Shown here: positions 1 to 9,277 of the stretch, in pieces
Numbering within the stretch: the stretch's first letter is position 1
Layout: each line of letters begins with the position of its first letter
Origin: an uncultured Acidobacteriota bacterium
GTDB lineage: Bacteria; Acidobacteriota; Thermoanaerobaculia; UBA5066; DATFVB01
Length of the DNA stretch: 64,000 bases
NCBI GenBank assembly: GCA_963813155.1
Contig: CAWEYG010000006.1
Location: forward strand, 64,001 to 128,000
Reading direction: 5' to 3'
Notes under the pieces: generated by a model
Told to the model about the DNA's origin: nothing
Seen by the model: only the letters and a program-made list of their open reading frames with translations
Databases searched by the model: none
Position numbers and translations under genes: made by a program

Positions 1-87
1 ACGGCGGAGGCAGGGGCTTGGGCCTCATCGGCCTCTTGGGGTATACTTCGCCCCTTTGACTTGGAAGAGGACAGAAGGAACTGAGAT

Positions 88-781
88 ATGGCCAACATTG
101 AACTGGACGTCGAGCGCCGGGAGGCGATCGGGAAGAACAACGCCCGCAGGGCGCGAGCCGAGGGGAGAGTCCCCGCGATCGTGTACGGAGCGAAGAAAGA
201 GACGGTTCCGATCTACGTCAACGCGAGGGCGCTGACGACCGTCTTTCGCGAGGGCGCCGGCTCGAACTCGATCTATCTTCTCAAGATGACGGGCACCGAC
301 AAGGCGCGGCACGCGATGATCAAAGAGATCAACCGCGACCCGATTTCCCGGAAAGTCCTGCACATCGATTTCGTTCGCGTGTTGATGGACGTCAAGGTAC
401 GGGTCTCGGTCGGGCTCGAGCTCGTCGGCACTCCGATCGGGGTCCGACAGGACGCCGGCATCCTGGACTTCGTGACCCGCGAGATCGAGATCGAATGCCT
501 TCCGAGCGACATTCCCGCGAGCATCCCGGTCGACGTTTCGGAGATCGGGATGGGGCAGTCGATGCGCGTGTCGCAGATTCCCGCGCCCGAGGGAATCCGG
601 ATCCTCGAAGACGCCGAAAAGGTCATCGCGCACGTCGCGCATCCGGCGAAGGAAGAGGAAGCTCCGGTTCCGGGCGTCGAAGCGGAGGCCGCGGCGGCCG
701 AGCCCGAGGTCATCAAGAAGGGCAAGGTCGATACCGAGGAAGCCCTGCCGGAAGAAGGGGGGGAAGGAAGGGAATCCTCCC
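88..781 (+). CDS. rplY: 50S ribosomal protein L25/general stress protein Ctc; 3' end uncertain because no stop codon is visible before pth
   Basis: Motifs GKNNARRARAEGRVPAIVYG, HIDFVRV and GTPIGV, plus acidic tail EPEVIKKGK; the track ORF runs on to 1449 through a G7 run at 757-763. Confidence 0.93.
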
Positions 782-1357
782 TTGCGTCTGGTCGCGGGGC
801 TGGGAAATCCCGGTCCGGAATACGAAGGCACGCGCCACAACGTGGGTTTCGCCGTCGTCGACCGGTTGGCCGCCGACGAGAAAATTTCCGTCAAGCGGGT
901 CGACTGCCGGGCGCTGACGGGGCGGGGGCGAATCGGGGACGAGGTCGCCGTTTTCGCCAAGCCGGTGACGTACATGAACGCCTCGGGCGAGGCGGTCTCT
1001 GCTCTTTTGAAAAAGTTGGAATTGGCCGCGGAGGACCTTCTCGTCGTCTCCGACGACATCGATCTCCCGGTGGGCGCTCTCCGGTTCAAGCCGAAGGGGT
1101 CTTCCGGGGGGCAGAAGGGGCTCCGGTCGATCGAGTCCGCGCTCGGGACGAAGGAGTTCGCGAGGCTGCGGGTGGGGATCCGGGGGGAGCACTACACCCG
1201 GGAGAACGAGCTCTCGGACTACGTTCTCGACCGGTTCTCCCGCTCCGAAAGATCCGCGATCGACCAGACGGTCGGCCGAGCGGCCGATGCCGTCCGGGTG
1301 TGGATCACCGAGGGCGTCGTCGCGGCCATGAATCGTTTCAACGCGATCTCCGAATAG
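782..1357 (+). CDS. pth: Peptidyl-tRNA hydrolase
   Basis: GLGNPGPEYEGTRHNVGF, KPVTYMNASG, RLRVGI; follows rplY. Confidence 0.97.
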   Translation: MRLVAGLGNPGPEYEGTRHNVGFAVVDRLAADEKISVKRVDCRALTGRGRIGDEVAVFAKPVTYMNASGEAVSALLKKLELAAEDLLVVSDDIDLPVGALRFKPKGSSGGQKGLRSIESALGTKEFARLRVGIRGEHYTRENELSDYVLDRFSRSERSAIDQTVGRAADAVRVWITEGVVAAMNRFNAISE

Positions 1358-1372
1358 TTCGGAGTCGTTTTT

Positions 1373-1418
1373 ATCTCCTCGGTCCCGCCAGACGGGATCT
1401 TGAGATCCAGGAGGAGTC
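1373..1418 (+). promoter_or_regulatory. Putative S6:S18 ribosomal-protein leader RNA
   Basis: CTCCTC (1375-1380) can pair with SD GAGGAG (1411-1416), enclosing hairpin GTCCCG-CCAGA-CGGGAT and an unpaired CC just before the SD strand; directly upstream of rpsF. Confidence 0.6.
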
Positions 1419-1823
1419 ATGCGGATTTACGACATCGTGGTGGTGTTGAGTCCGGACGGAACGCCGGACCAGACTACCGGCCTCGTCGAGGGGTTCAAGA
1501 AGATCCTCGTCGACGACGGCGCGAACGTGGTTCTCGAAGAGCCGTGGGGCCGACGCCGCCTCGCGTACGCGATCGGGAAACGGCGCGAGGGCATTTACCA
1601 CTACTGGCAGGTCGAGGCGAAGGCCGAGACGATCGCGGAGCTCGAGCGAAAGCTCCGCCTCTCCGACGACGTCCTGCGGCACCTCGCGGTGCGCGCCGAC
1701 GAAGAGCTCAAGCGCGCGACGAAGCTCAAGAAGATTCGCGACGCGAAGGCCGCGAGCAAACCGCCGAAGAAGGTGCCCGCGGAAGCCGCTGCGCCTCCGG
1801 CCGCCGAAGACGTGAACGCGTGA
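1419..1823 (+). CDS. rpsF: 30S ribosomal protein S6
   Basis: [10 protein letters not shown]...[10 protein letters not shown]...GIYH...VLRHL. Confidence 0.96.
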   Translation: MRIYDIVVVLSPDGTPDQTTGLVEGFKKILVDDGANVVLEEPWGRRRLAYAIGKRREGIYHYWQVEAKAETIAELERKLRLSDDVLRHLAVRADEELKRATKLKKIRDAKAASKPPKKVPAEAAAPPAAEDVNA

Positions 1824-1833
1824 GGGGGAGACG

Positions 1834-2097
1834 ATGAGAGAGAGAGACAAAAAAGACAAGAAAACGGGAAACCGCAAGAAGTTCTTCGTCCGACGCCGTA
1901 AGGCCTGCAAGTTCTGCGTGGAGAAGATCGACTACATCGACTGGAAGGACCTGAAGACGCTTCAGGGGTTCATCCCCGAGCGGGGCAAGATCCTGCCGCG
2001 GCGGATCTCCGGCGTGTGCTCGCTCCACCAGCGGAAGCTGCAGACGGCGATCAAGCGGGCCCGCGCGATCGCGCTCCTGCCGTACGCCACGGACTAG
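1834..2097 (+). CDS. rpsR: 30S ribosomal protein S18 (Zn-binding form)
   Basis: RRKACKFC...IDWKD...[14 protein letters not shown]...HQR...AIKRAR. Confidence 0.97.
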   Translation: MRERDKKDKKTGNRKKFFVRRRKACKFCVEKIDYIDWKDLKTLQGFIPERGKILPRRISGVCSLHQRKLQTAIKRARAIALLPYATD

Positions 2098-2109
2098 GGT
2101 GACAGGAAT

Positions 2110-2220
2110 TCCTCACCCTCTCCCCTTGCGGGAGAGGGACGGGGTGAGGGGTGGTGCACGGTGCCCGCCCCCTCACCCGCCGCTTCGCGGCGGCCTCTCC
2201 CACAGGGGGAGAGGCGAATC
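2110..2220. repeat. Intergenic palindromic doublet (BoxC/REPIN-like), copy 1
   Basis: CCCTCTCCCCTTGCGGGAGAGGG-ACGGGGTGAGGGG, spacer, CCCCTCACCCGCCGCTTCGCGGCGGCCTCTCCCACAGGGGGAGAGGCGAAT; one arm is the near-exact reverse complement of copy 2. Confidence 0.85.
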
Positions 2221-3240
2221 GTGAGCACAGAGTCATCGTCTCCGAGCGGTGACCCGACAGGGGGTGGCGTCAGCCGGGGTGAGGACGGAAGTCCTGCCGA
2301 GCCCCGTTCCCTCCTCGGCGAAGCGCTGGCCACGGCCTTCCTGTCCGCGACGTTCTTCTGGGGTCTGCGCTTCCTTCTGATCTTCGCCGTCGCGTTCGTG
2401 CCGGCGGCCGCGCTTCCGCTCGTCCGGTTCGGGTATCGCCGCGGCATGGCAGCCGTTCTCGCGGCGTGCGCGGGCGGCGCGGCCTTCGCGGCCGTCTTTG
2501 CCCTTCTGCTCGGACAAAAGTGGCCCGATGCGGCAGCCGAAGCGGCGATCTATCTCGCGACGGCGGGGGTCTGCGGCCTTGCCGGGGCGATCGCGCGGTC
2601 GCGAAGCGCCTCGGCTGTGTTCCTGGGGCTTTGCCTCTACGGGTCGATCGGCATCGCGGCTTTCGCGCTCGCCGGGCCGCCCGAACGGGGCCAGATCGAG
2701 AAGCAATTCGACGCCTATTCGAAGACGTGGATGGACTCCTCGCGCCAGTCCGGGACCGATCCGGAGACCCTGAAGTCCCTCCAGTCGGCCCTCGACTCCG
2801 CCCGGGCGATTTCGCTCGATTACGCGCCGGGCCTCGCCGCGATGCTCTGGATTTTGCTCGCCGCGGCGGCCTTCTTCCTCGGTTTGCGCTTCGGGCGGGC
2901 GGGGGGCCCGGGGGACGATTTCTCCGCGTTTCGGTTGCCGCCCCACCTGGCCGGCCTCTTCGTCCTTTCGGGGGCCGGAGCGGCGCTGTGGCGCGGCGAC
3001 GGGCGACGGCTGGCGCTCGACGTCCTGGGGCCCCTGCTCGTCTTGTATTTTCTGGCCGGACTCTCTATCATCGCGTTCTTTGCCCGGAGGTGGCTGCGGA
3101 CGCGGTTCTTCCGGGTGGCCCTGTACGTCGTGGCGTTCTGCTTTCCGTTTTCGGCTGCGACGGCGGGGTTGGGGCTTTTCGACTGGTATTTCGACGTCCG
3201 CCGGAGGGCGGACAAACAGAGGGACGGGAGAAGCGAATGA
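2221..3240 (+). CDS. DUF2232/YybS-family membrane protein
   Basis: Multiple TM segments, C-terminal GLGLFDWYFDVRRR, conserved position between rpsR and rplI; GTG start after the repeat. Confidence 0.8.
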   Translation: MSTESSSPSGDPTGGGVSRGEDGSPAEPRSLLGEALATAFLSATFFWGLRFLLIFAVAFVPAAALPLVRFGYRRGMAAVLAACAGGAAFAAVFALLLGQKWPDAAAEAAIYLATAGVCGLAGAIARSRSASAVFLGLCLYGSIGIAAFALAGPPERGQIEKQFDAYSKTWMDSSRQSGTDPETLKSLQSALDSARAISLDYAPGLAAMLWILLAAAAFFLGLRFGRAGGPGDDFSAFRLPPHLAGLFVLSGAGAALWRGDGRRLALDVLGPLLVLYFLAGLSIIAFFARRWLRTRFFRVALYVVAFCFPFSAATAGLGLFDWYFDVRRRADKQRDGRSE

Positions 3241-3695
3241 AAATCATTCTGACCGACGAAGTGCGCGGGCTCGGCCACCGGGGCGACCAGGTGGAAGTCA
3301 AGAACGGCTACGCCCGGAATTTCCTTTTGCCGCAGGGGCTCGCGTTCCTCGCGACCCAGGCGAACAAGCGGCGTCTGGAAGAAGAGAAGAAGTCCTACGA
3401 CGAGAAGGTCCTGCGCGAAAAGGCGGTCTCCGAGGAAGTCGCGCGAAAAATGGAAGGCATGCGCCTGACGCTCGTGAAGAAGGCGGGCGAAGGGGACGTC
3501 CTGTACGGTTCCGTCACGACCGCCGACATCGCCGACGCGCTCGCGGAGAAGGGCATCCAGGTGGACCGCCGCCGCGTGGAGCTGGAAGAGCCGATCAAGC
3601 GGCTCGGCGAGCACCAGGTGCACGTGAAGCTGCACCGCGACGTCTCCGTGCCGGTCATCATTGACGTGCAGGGGCTTCAGCCCGCGGTTTCCTAG
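3237..3695 (+). CDS. rplI: 50S ribosomal protein L9
   Basis: MKIILTDEVRGLGHRGDQVEVKNGYARNFLLPQGLA...LYGSVT...PIKRLGEH; ATGA overlap with upstream gene. Confidence 0.97.
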   Translation: MKIILTDEVRGLGHRGDQVEVKNGYARNFLLPQGLAFLATQANKRRLEEEKKSYDEKVLREKAVSEEVARKMEGMRLTLVKKAGEGDVLYGSVTTADIADALAEKGIQVDRRRVELEEPIKRLGEHQVHVKLHRDVSVPVIIDVQGLQPAVS

Positions 3696-3865
3696 AGGTC
3701 ATCTCGCCGCCGTCGCCGGAATCGCCCGGAGCGGGGGCCCTGCATTGCACCGGAGTTTGCCGTTCTTCCCTGATATAGTTGTGTCTTCAGGCCTTGCCCT
3801 GGCGGTAACCGTCGGGAATTGGACAGTCTTCGGTTGCTGCAGCCAGGCAGACCGCGTGGTGACCA

Positions 3866-5803
3866 GTGACAAGTCATCGTCCGGCGAATGGTCCTCCGAT
3901 TTCGCCCGAGGCGCTCATCGAGGCGAACGCGGACGCCCTGTTCGCCGCGACCGAGGCCGGAGAGATCCTCACCTGGAATGAGGGCGCGCGTCGGATGTTT
4001 GGCTTTTCCCCGGAAGCCGCGATCGGCCGTTCTCTCGTTGACCTGCTTCATCCACCGGACACGGCCGATGAGATTCGCCGCTGGCTCACCGTCGCCGCGG
4101 AAATGGGAACCGCCGTCTACGAGACCGTATGCCTCCGGGAGGACGGAATGCCGCTGAACGTGGACGCCTCGATCACGGCGGTTCGAAACCCGGATCCCCG
4201 CCTGAGCTATCTCGCGATCAGCAAGAAGGACGTCTCCGAGCTCAAGTATCGCCGCGCCGCGAGGCTCGTCCAGGAGCGGTTCGGCCCCCTTCTCGAGGCT
4301 GCGCCCGACGCGATGGTCATCGTCGACCGTACCGGCCGTATCGCGACGCTCAACGAGCAGAGCGAGAAGTTGTTCGGCTACACGCGCCTGGAGCTGCTCG
4401 GAAAGCCCGTGGAAGTCCTCGTTCCCGAAAGATTCCACGGGAAGCATCCGGCGCATCGCATCGGATATTTCGGGGCCCCTCGCAGGCGCACGATGGGGTC
4501 GGGCCTCGAGCTTCACGCCCGTCGAAAGGACGGGACGGAATTTCCGGTCGAGATCAGCCTGAGCCCGCTCGAAACGGAGGAGGGCACTCTCGTGACGGCC
4601 GCGATCCGGGACATCGGCGATCGCAAGAAGGTCGAGGCGAAATTTCGCGGCCTGCTGGAGTCCGCGCCCGACGCGATGGTCATCGTCGATCGCCAGGGCG
4701 AGATCGTTCTCGTCAACGCCCAGACGGAGCGGCTGTTCGGATACTCGAGGCAGGAGCTGCTCGGCAAGACCGTCGAGCTTCTGGTTCCTTCGCGGTTTCG
4801 GGGCCAGCATCCGGAGCATCGCGGGCACTACTTCGTCGATCCCCGCGTCCGGGCCATGGGAACGGGAATGGAGCTGTACGGGCTGCGCAAGGACGGAACG
4901 GAATTTCCGGTCGAAATCAGCCTCAGCCCTCTGGAGACGGAGGAGGGATTGCTCGTCTCGAGCGCGATCCGCGACATCACCGCGCAGAAGGTTCTCGAGG
5001 AGGAGCTTCGGCGGAAGAACGACGAAGTCGTCGATCAGAGCCAGAAGATCCAGGAGGCGAACCGCCTCAAGAGCGAGTTCCTCGCGAACATGTCGCATGA
5101 GCTGAGGACGCCGTTGAACGCCATCATCGGATTCGCCGAGCTGATGCACGACGGCAAAGTCGGGCCCGTGTCCGCGGAGCACAAGGAGTACCTCGGCGAC
5201 ATCCTGACGAGCTCGCGCCACCTGCTCCAGTTGATCAACGACGTGCTCGATCTCGCGAAGGTCGAGTCCGGAAAGATGTCGTTCCTGCCGGAGCCGGTGG
5301 ACCTTCGGCGCGTGATCGGCGAGGTGGGCGACATTCTCCGAACGCTTGCCGCTCAGCGGCACATCGAGATCGGGGTCGAGGTGGATCCGAAGCTCGGCGA
5401 CATCGTCGTCGACCCATCGAAATTGAAGCAGGTGCTCTACAACTTCCTTTCCAACGCCCTGAAATTTTCGCCCGACAGGGCGCGGGTCGAGGTGCGCGCG
5501 GTGTCCGAGGGCCACGAGGAGCTTCGGATCGAGGTCGAGGACTCGGGCATCGGGATCAGAGCGGAAGACATCCCCCGGCTGTTCGTGGAGTTTCAACAGC
5601 TGGACGCCAGCACCGCCAAGAAGTACGCCGGCACCGGCCTCGGGCTCGCGTTGACGAAGCGGATCGTGGAGGCCCAGGGCGGCCGCGTCGGAGTCGCGAG
5701 CGAGCCCGGCAAGGGGAGCACGTTCTTCGCGGTGCTGCCCCGCGACGGTTCGTCGAGCGCGGCGGCTGTTCGAACGAAGGAGGAGGACGCGCGTGGCCGG
5801 TGA
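3866..5803 (+). CDS. Cytoplasmic sensor histidine kinase with three PAS domains
   Basis: PAS repeats ([15 protein letters not shown]), H-box [19 protein letters not shown]-box [10 protein letters not shown]-boxes DSGIG and GTGLGL. Confidence 0.93.
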   Translation: MTSHRPANGPPISPEALIEANADALFAATEAGEILTWNEGARRMFGFSPEAAIGRSLVDLLHPPDTADEIRRWLTVAAEMGTAVYETVCLREDGMPLNVDASITAVRNPDPRLSYLAISKKDVSELKYRRAARLVQERFGPLLEAAPDAMVIVDRTGRIATLNEQSEKLFGYTRLELLGKPVEVLVPERFHGKHPAHRIGYFGAPRRRTMGSGLELHARRKDGTEFPVEISLSPLETEEGTLVTAAIRDIGDRKKVEAKFRGLLESAPDAMVIVDRQGEIVLVNAQTERLFGYSRQELLGKTVELLVPSRFRGQHPEHRGHYFVDPRVRAMGTGMELYGLRKDGTEFPVEISLSPLETEEGLLVSSAIRDITAQKVLEEELRRKNDEVVDQSQKIQEANRLKSEFLANMSHELRTPLNAIIGFAELMHDGKVGPVSAEHKEYLGDILTSSRHLLQLINDVLDLAKVESGKMSFLPEPVDLRRVIGEVGDILRTLAAQRHIEIGVEVDPKLGDIVVDPSKLKQVLYNFLSNALKFSPDRARVEVRAVSEGHEELRIEVEDSGIGIRAEDIPRLFVEFQQLDASTAKKYAGTGLGLALTKRIVEAQGGRVGVASEPGKGSTFFAVLPRDGSSSAAAVRTKEEDARGR

Positions 5804-6170
5804 ACCGATTCTGATCGTGGACGACAACGCCGCGAATCTGAAGCTCGCGCGAGTGCTCCTTCAGGCGGAGGGCTACGAGGTGCGGGCAGCCGCCAATGCC
5901 GAGGAAGCCCTTGCAGTTCTGAAAGGGTACCGGCCGCGCCTGATCCTCATGGACATCCAGATGCCGGGCATGGACGGGCTGGAGCTCACGCGGCGCCTGA
6001 AAGCGGACCCGTCGCTTTCCCATGTCGTCATCCTCGCGCTCACGTCCTACGCGATGAAGGGAGACGAGGAAAAGGCGATGGCCGCCGGCTGCGACGGCTA
6101 CTTCGCCAAGCCGATCGACACTCGCCGGCTGCCGGCGCAGATCGCGGAATTTCTGGCGAGGCGGAAATGA
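5793..6170 (+). CDS. Single-domain response regulator (DivK/CheY-like)
   Basis: ILIVDDN...[13 protein letters not shown]...[14 protein letters not shown]...KPI. Confidence 0.93.
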   Translation: MAGEPILIVDDNAANLKLARVLLQAEGYEVRAAANAEEALAVLKGYRPRLILMDIQMPGMDGLELTRRLKADPSLSHVVILALTSYAMKGDEEKAMAAGCDGYFAKPIDTRRLPAQIAEFLARRK

Positions 6171-9100
6171 GAGTCCTGATCGTCGACGACCTCCCGTTGA
6201 ACCGCAAGCTGTTGCGGGCGATCCTGGCCTCGGCCGGGCACGAGACGGCGGAGGCCGGCGACGGACGCGAGGCTCTCGAGGCGCTCCGGCAAAGCGCGTT
6301 CGATGTCGTCGTGACCGACATTCTCATGCCGGGGATGGACGGCTACCGGCTGTGCAGTGAAATGCGCCAGAGCGAGGACTTTCGGAGGATCCCGATCGTC
6401 GTGTACACGTCGACGTACACATCTCCCGCGGACGAGAAGATGGCGATGAGAGTCGGCGCGGACCGTTTTCTGCGAAAACCCGCGACACCGGCGGAAATCC
6501 TCGGCGTGCTGGAGTCCGTGGCGAGCGAGCCCCGTCCGACTTCTGGGGGCGAGTCGCTCCAAGATGCCGCGACGATCCGGGAGTACAGCGATGTTCTCGT
6601 CCGAAAGCTCGAGGAAAAGAACCTTGACCTCGAGACCTCGGAGCGCCGCATTCGCGAGCTCGTCGACTTTTCTCCGATTGGAATCTGCCAGTCCACGCCG
6701 GAGGGAGTTCTGACGTCGGCGAATTCGGCCGCCGCCGCGATGCTCGGCTACGGGTCCCCGGAGGAGCTCGTCGGCCTGAACATGCCGCGCGAGGTCTACT
6801 TCGACCCTGCCGATCGGGCGGGCGTGGTCGCGGGGTTCGCCAGGGGCGAGCGGGATGTCGAGGTCCAGTGGAAGAGGAAGGATGGCTCGCCGATCTGGGT
6901 GCAACTGGACGGCCGGATCGCCCGGGACGAATCGGGCGGGGAGACGCACCACGAAGCGTTCGTCCGCGACGTTTCGGCGCGCAAGAGGGCGGAGGCTGAG
7001 TCGGAGCGTTCCATGGCCGAGTCCACCGGCCTTCACCGGCGAAAAGTCGGCATCGACATCCTCGTCATGGCGGTCGTGGCGGGACTCGTGGCCTACATCG
7101 ACCACCAGTACGGTCTGTTCGATGGGGTCGTCAAGTGGATGCTGGCGCACGAACCGGGGCCGTACGACGAAATTCTGACCGCGGTCATCGTCCTGTCGGT
7201 TCTCGGCGGCATCTTTTCGTTCCGGCGCTGGCGAGATCATGCGATTGGAAACACGCTCCCGGGAGCAGACGGAGCGGGCTCTCCGGCTCCTTCGAACCGA
7301 TCTCGAAAATCGAGTCGAGGCCCGGACCGCGGAGCTTCAGGCGGACATCGCTCAGCGCAAGGTCGCGGAAGATTCCCTCGCCGCATCGGAAGTTCGCTAC
7401 CGCCGGCTCTTCGAGGCAGCGAGAGACGGCATTCTGATTCTGGATTTCGAAACCGGGCGGATTACCGATGCGAACCCGTTCCTCTCCGAGCTCCTGGGGT
7501 TTTCGCGCGACGAAATGATCGGCAAGACCGTGGGAGAGCTCAGCCCGTTCCGGGACCTTGCGGCGAACGAGATCATGCTCGACCGGCTGCAAGAACGTGA
7601 GTACATCCGCTATGAAGATCTCCCGCTGGAGACGAAGGACGGCCGAAAGAGCGCCGTGGAATTCGTCAGCAACGTGTATGACGTCGGCGGACAAAAGGTC
7701 ATTCAATGCAACATCCGCGACATCACGGAGCGCAAGCGCGCGGAAAACGGCATTCGCGCCTCCGAGGAGCGTGTTCGGGTGTTGATGGAGAATGCGAAGG
7801 ACGCGATCTTCGTGAACTCGCCCGATGGCATGATCGTCGGCTGCAACCGGGCGGCGGAATCCCTTCTCGGCCGTCCGCGATCGGAGATCGTCGGATCGTC
7901 GGTCGCGGAGATCGTGGCTCCCGAGGAGCGGGAGAGGGTTGGCCGCTCGATTGCCGCGACGGTCTCTACCGGCAGCGTCGACGGCTTCGAGACCTTCCTG
8001 CTGAAGTCGGACGGCGTGAAAGTACCGGTCGAGGTGTCGGCCTCGCTCGTGGAGGTCGCGGGCGAGAAGGTCATCCACGCGATCGTTCGCGACGCGACCG
8101 AACGAAAACGACTGGAAGAGCAGTATCGCCATGCGCAGAAGATGGAGGCGGTCGGACGGCTGGCCGGGGGCATCGCGCACGACTTCAATAACCTCCTGAT
8201 GGTCGTCCAGAGCTTCGTGGACGTTCTTCCCCTCCACCTCGGCGACGAGAAAGCGGTCCGGCACGACCTCGATCAGCTTCGCTCGACCGCGGGCCGCGGG
8301 GCATCGCTCACCCGGCAGCTCCTGGCGTTCTCGCGCAAGCAGCTTGTCCGGACCGAAACGCTCGATGTGAAGAACGTCGCCGCGGAGATGGCCTCCCTCC
8401 TGGAAAAGCTCCTTGGCGAGGATGTGCAGCTCGAGATCCGGCTCGATCCGTCGCCGTGCCTCGTGAAGGCCGACCGTGGACAGGTCGAGCAGGTGCTGAT
8501 GAATCTCGCCGTCAACGCGCGGGACGCCATGCCCCGGGGGGGAAGATCGTCATCGACGTTCGGCCCGAGCAGTTGGACGCAAGTTTCGCTGCGACGCATT
8601 CGGGCCTGACCCCGGGGTCGTTCGTCCGGGCTTCGGTCAGCGACACGGGAACGGGCATCAGCGCGGAAGTTCGCAAGCACCTGTTCGAGCCCTTTTTCAC
8701 GACGAAGGAAAGCGGCCGCGGAACGGGCCTGGGACTGGCGACGGTCTACGGAATCGTCAAGGCCGCCGGGGGAGACGTCTGGGTCTACAGCGAGCCCGGC
8801 AAGGGATCGGTTTTCAACGTTTACCTTCCCCGCGTCGACCGCGCCGGCGAGCCTTCGAGGCACGAGCCGGCCGAGGTCTCGGTGACCCGGGGGAGCGAGA
8901 CGATTTTTCTCGTCGAAGACGAAGACGTCATTCGAGAGATGGTCCGGGAGTATCTCGGAGCGAAAGGATACACGGTTCACGCCGCGGGGAGCGGGCACGA
9001 CGCGATCCGGCAGGCGTCCGCCCTTCGCGAGCCGATCGACCTCCTTCTCACCGACATCGTGCTGCCGGGACCCAACGGGCGGGAAGTCTCGGAGGCCCTG

Positions 9101-9259
9101 TCGCGCTCGAGGCCGACGATGAAAACCATCTTCATGTCCGGATACGTCGACGACGCGCAGACCGTGGGCCAGATCCTGTCGGAAGGGCGCGATTTCATTC
9201 AGAAGCCGATCGGACTCGAGGCGTTGGCGCGGAAGATCCGGGAGATCCTGGACCGTTAG
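6167..9259 (+). CDS. Hybrid sensor kinase REC-PAS-2TM-PAS-PAS-HisKA-HATPase-REC, interrupted by apparent frameshifts at ~7235 and ~8540
   Basis: Joined from track ORFs 6167, 7239 and 8456; [39 protein letters not shown]-terminal receiver; second shift in a G7 run. Confidence 0.82.
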
Positions 9260-9277
9260 ACCGCGAAAGCGGAAGCG

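Noticed and set aside
2161-2220. N-terminal extension of DUF2232 and similar PSPAA..RPLPQGER peptides
   Set aside because: These are translations of the palindromic repeat, not coding sequence.
3866-9259. DivJ/PleC-DivK-CckA cell-cycle circuit
   Set aside because: Resemblance is only at family level; no ctrA or chpT; these kinase and receiver types are widespread.
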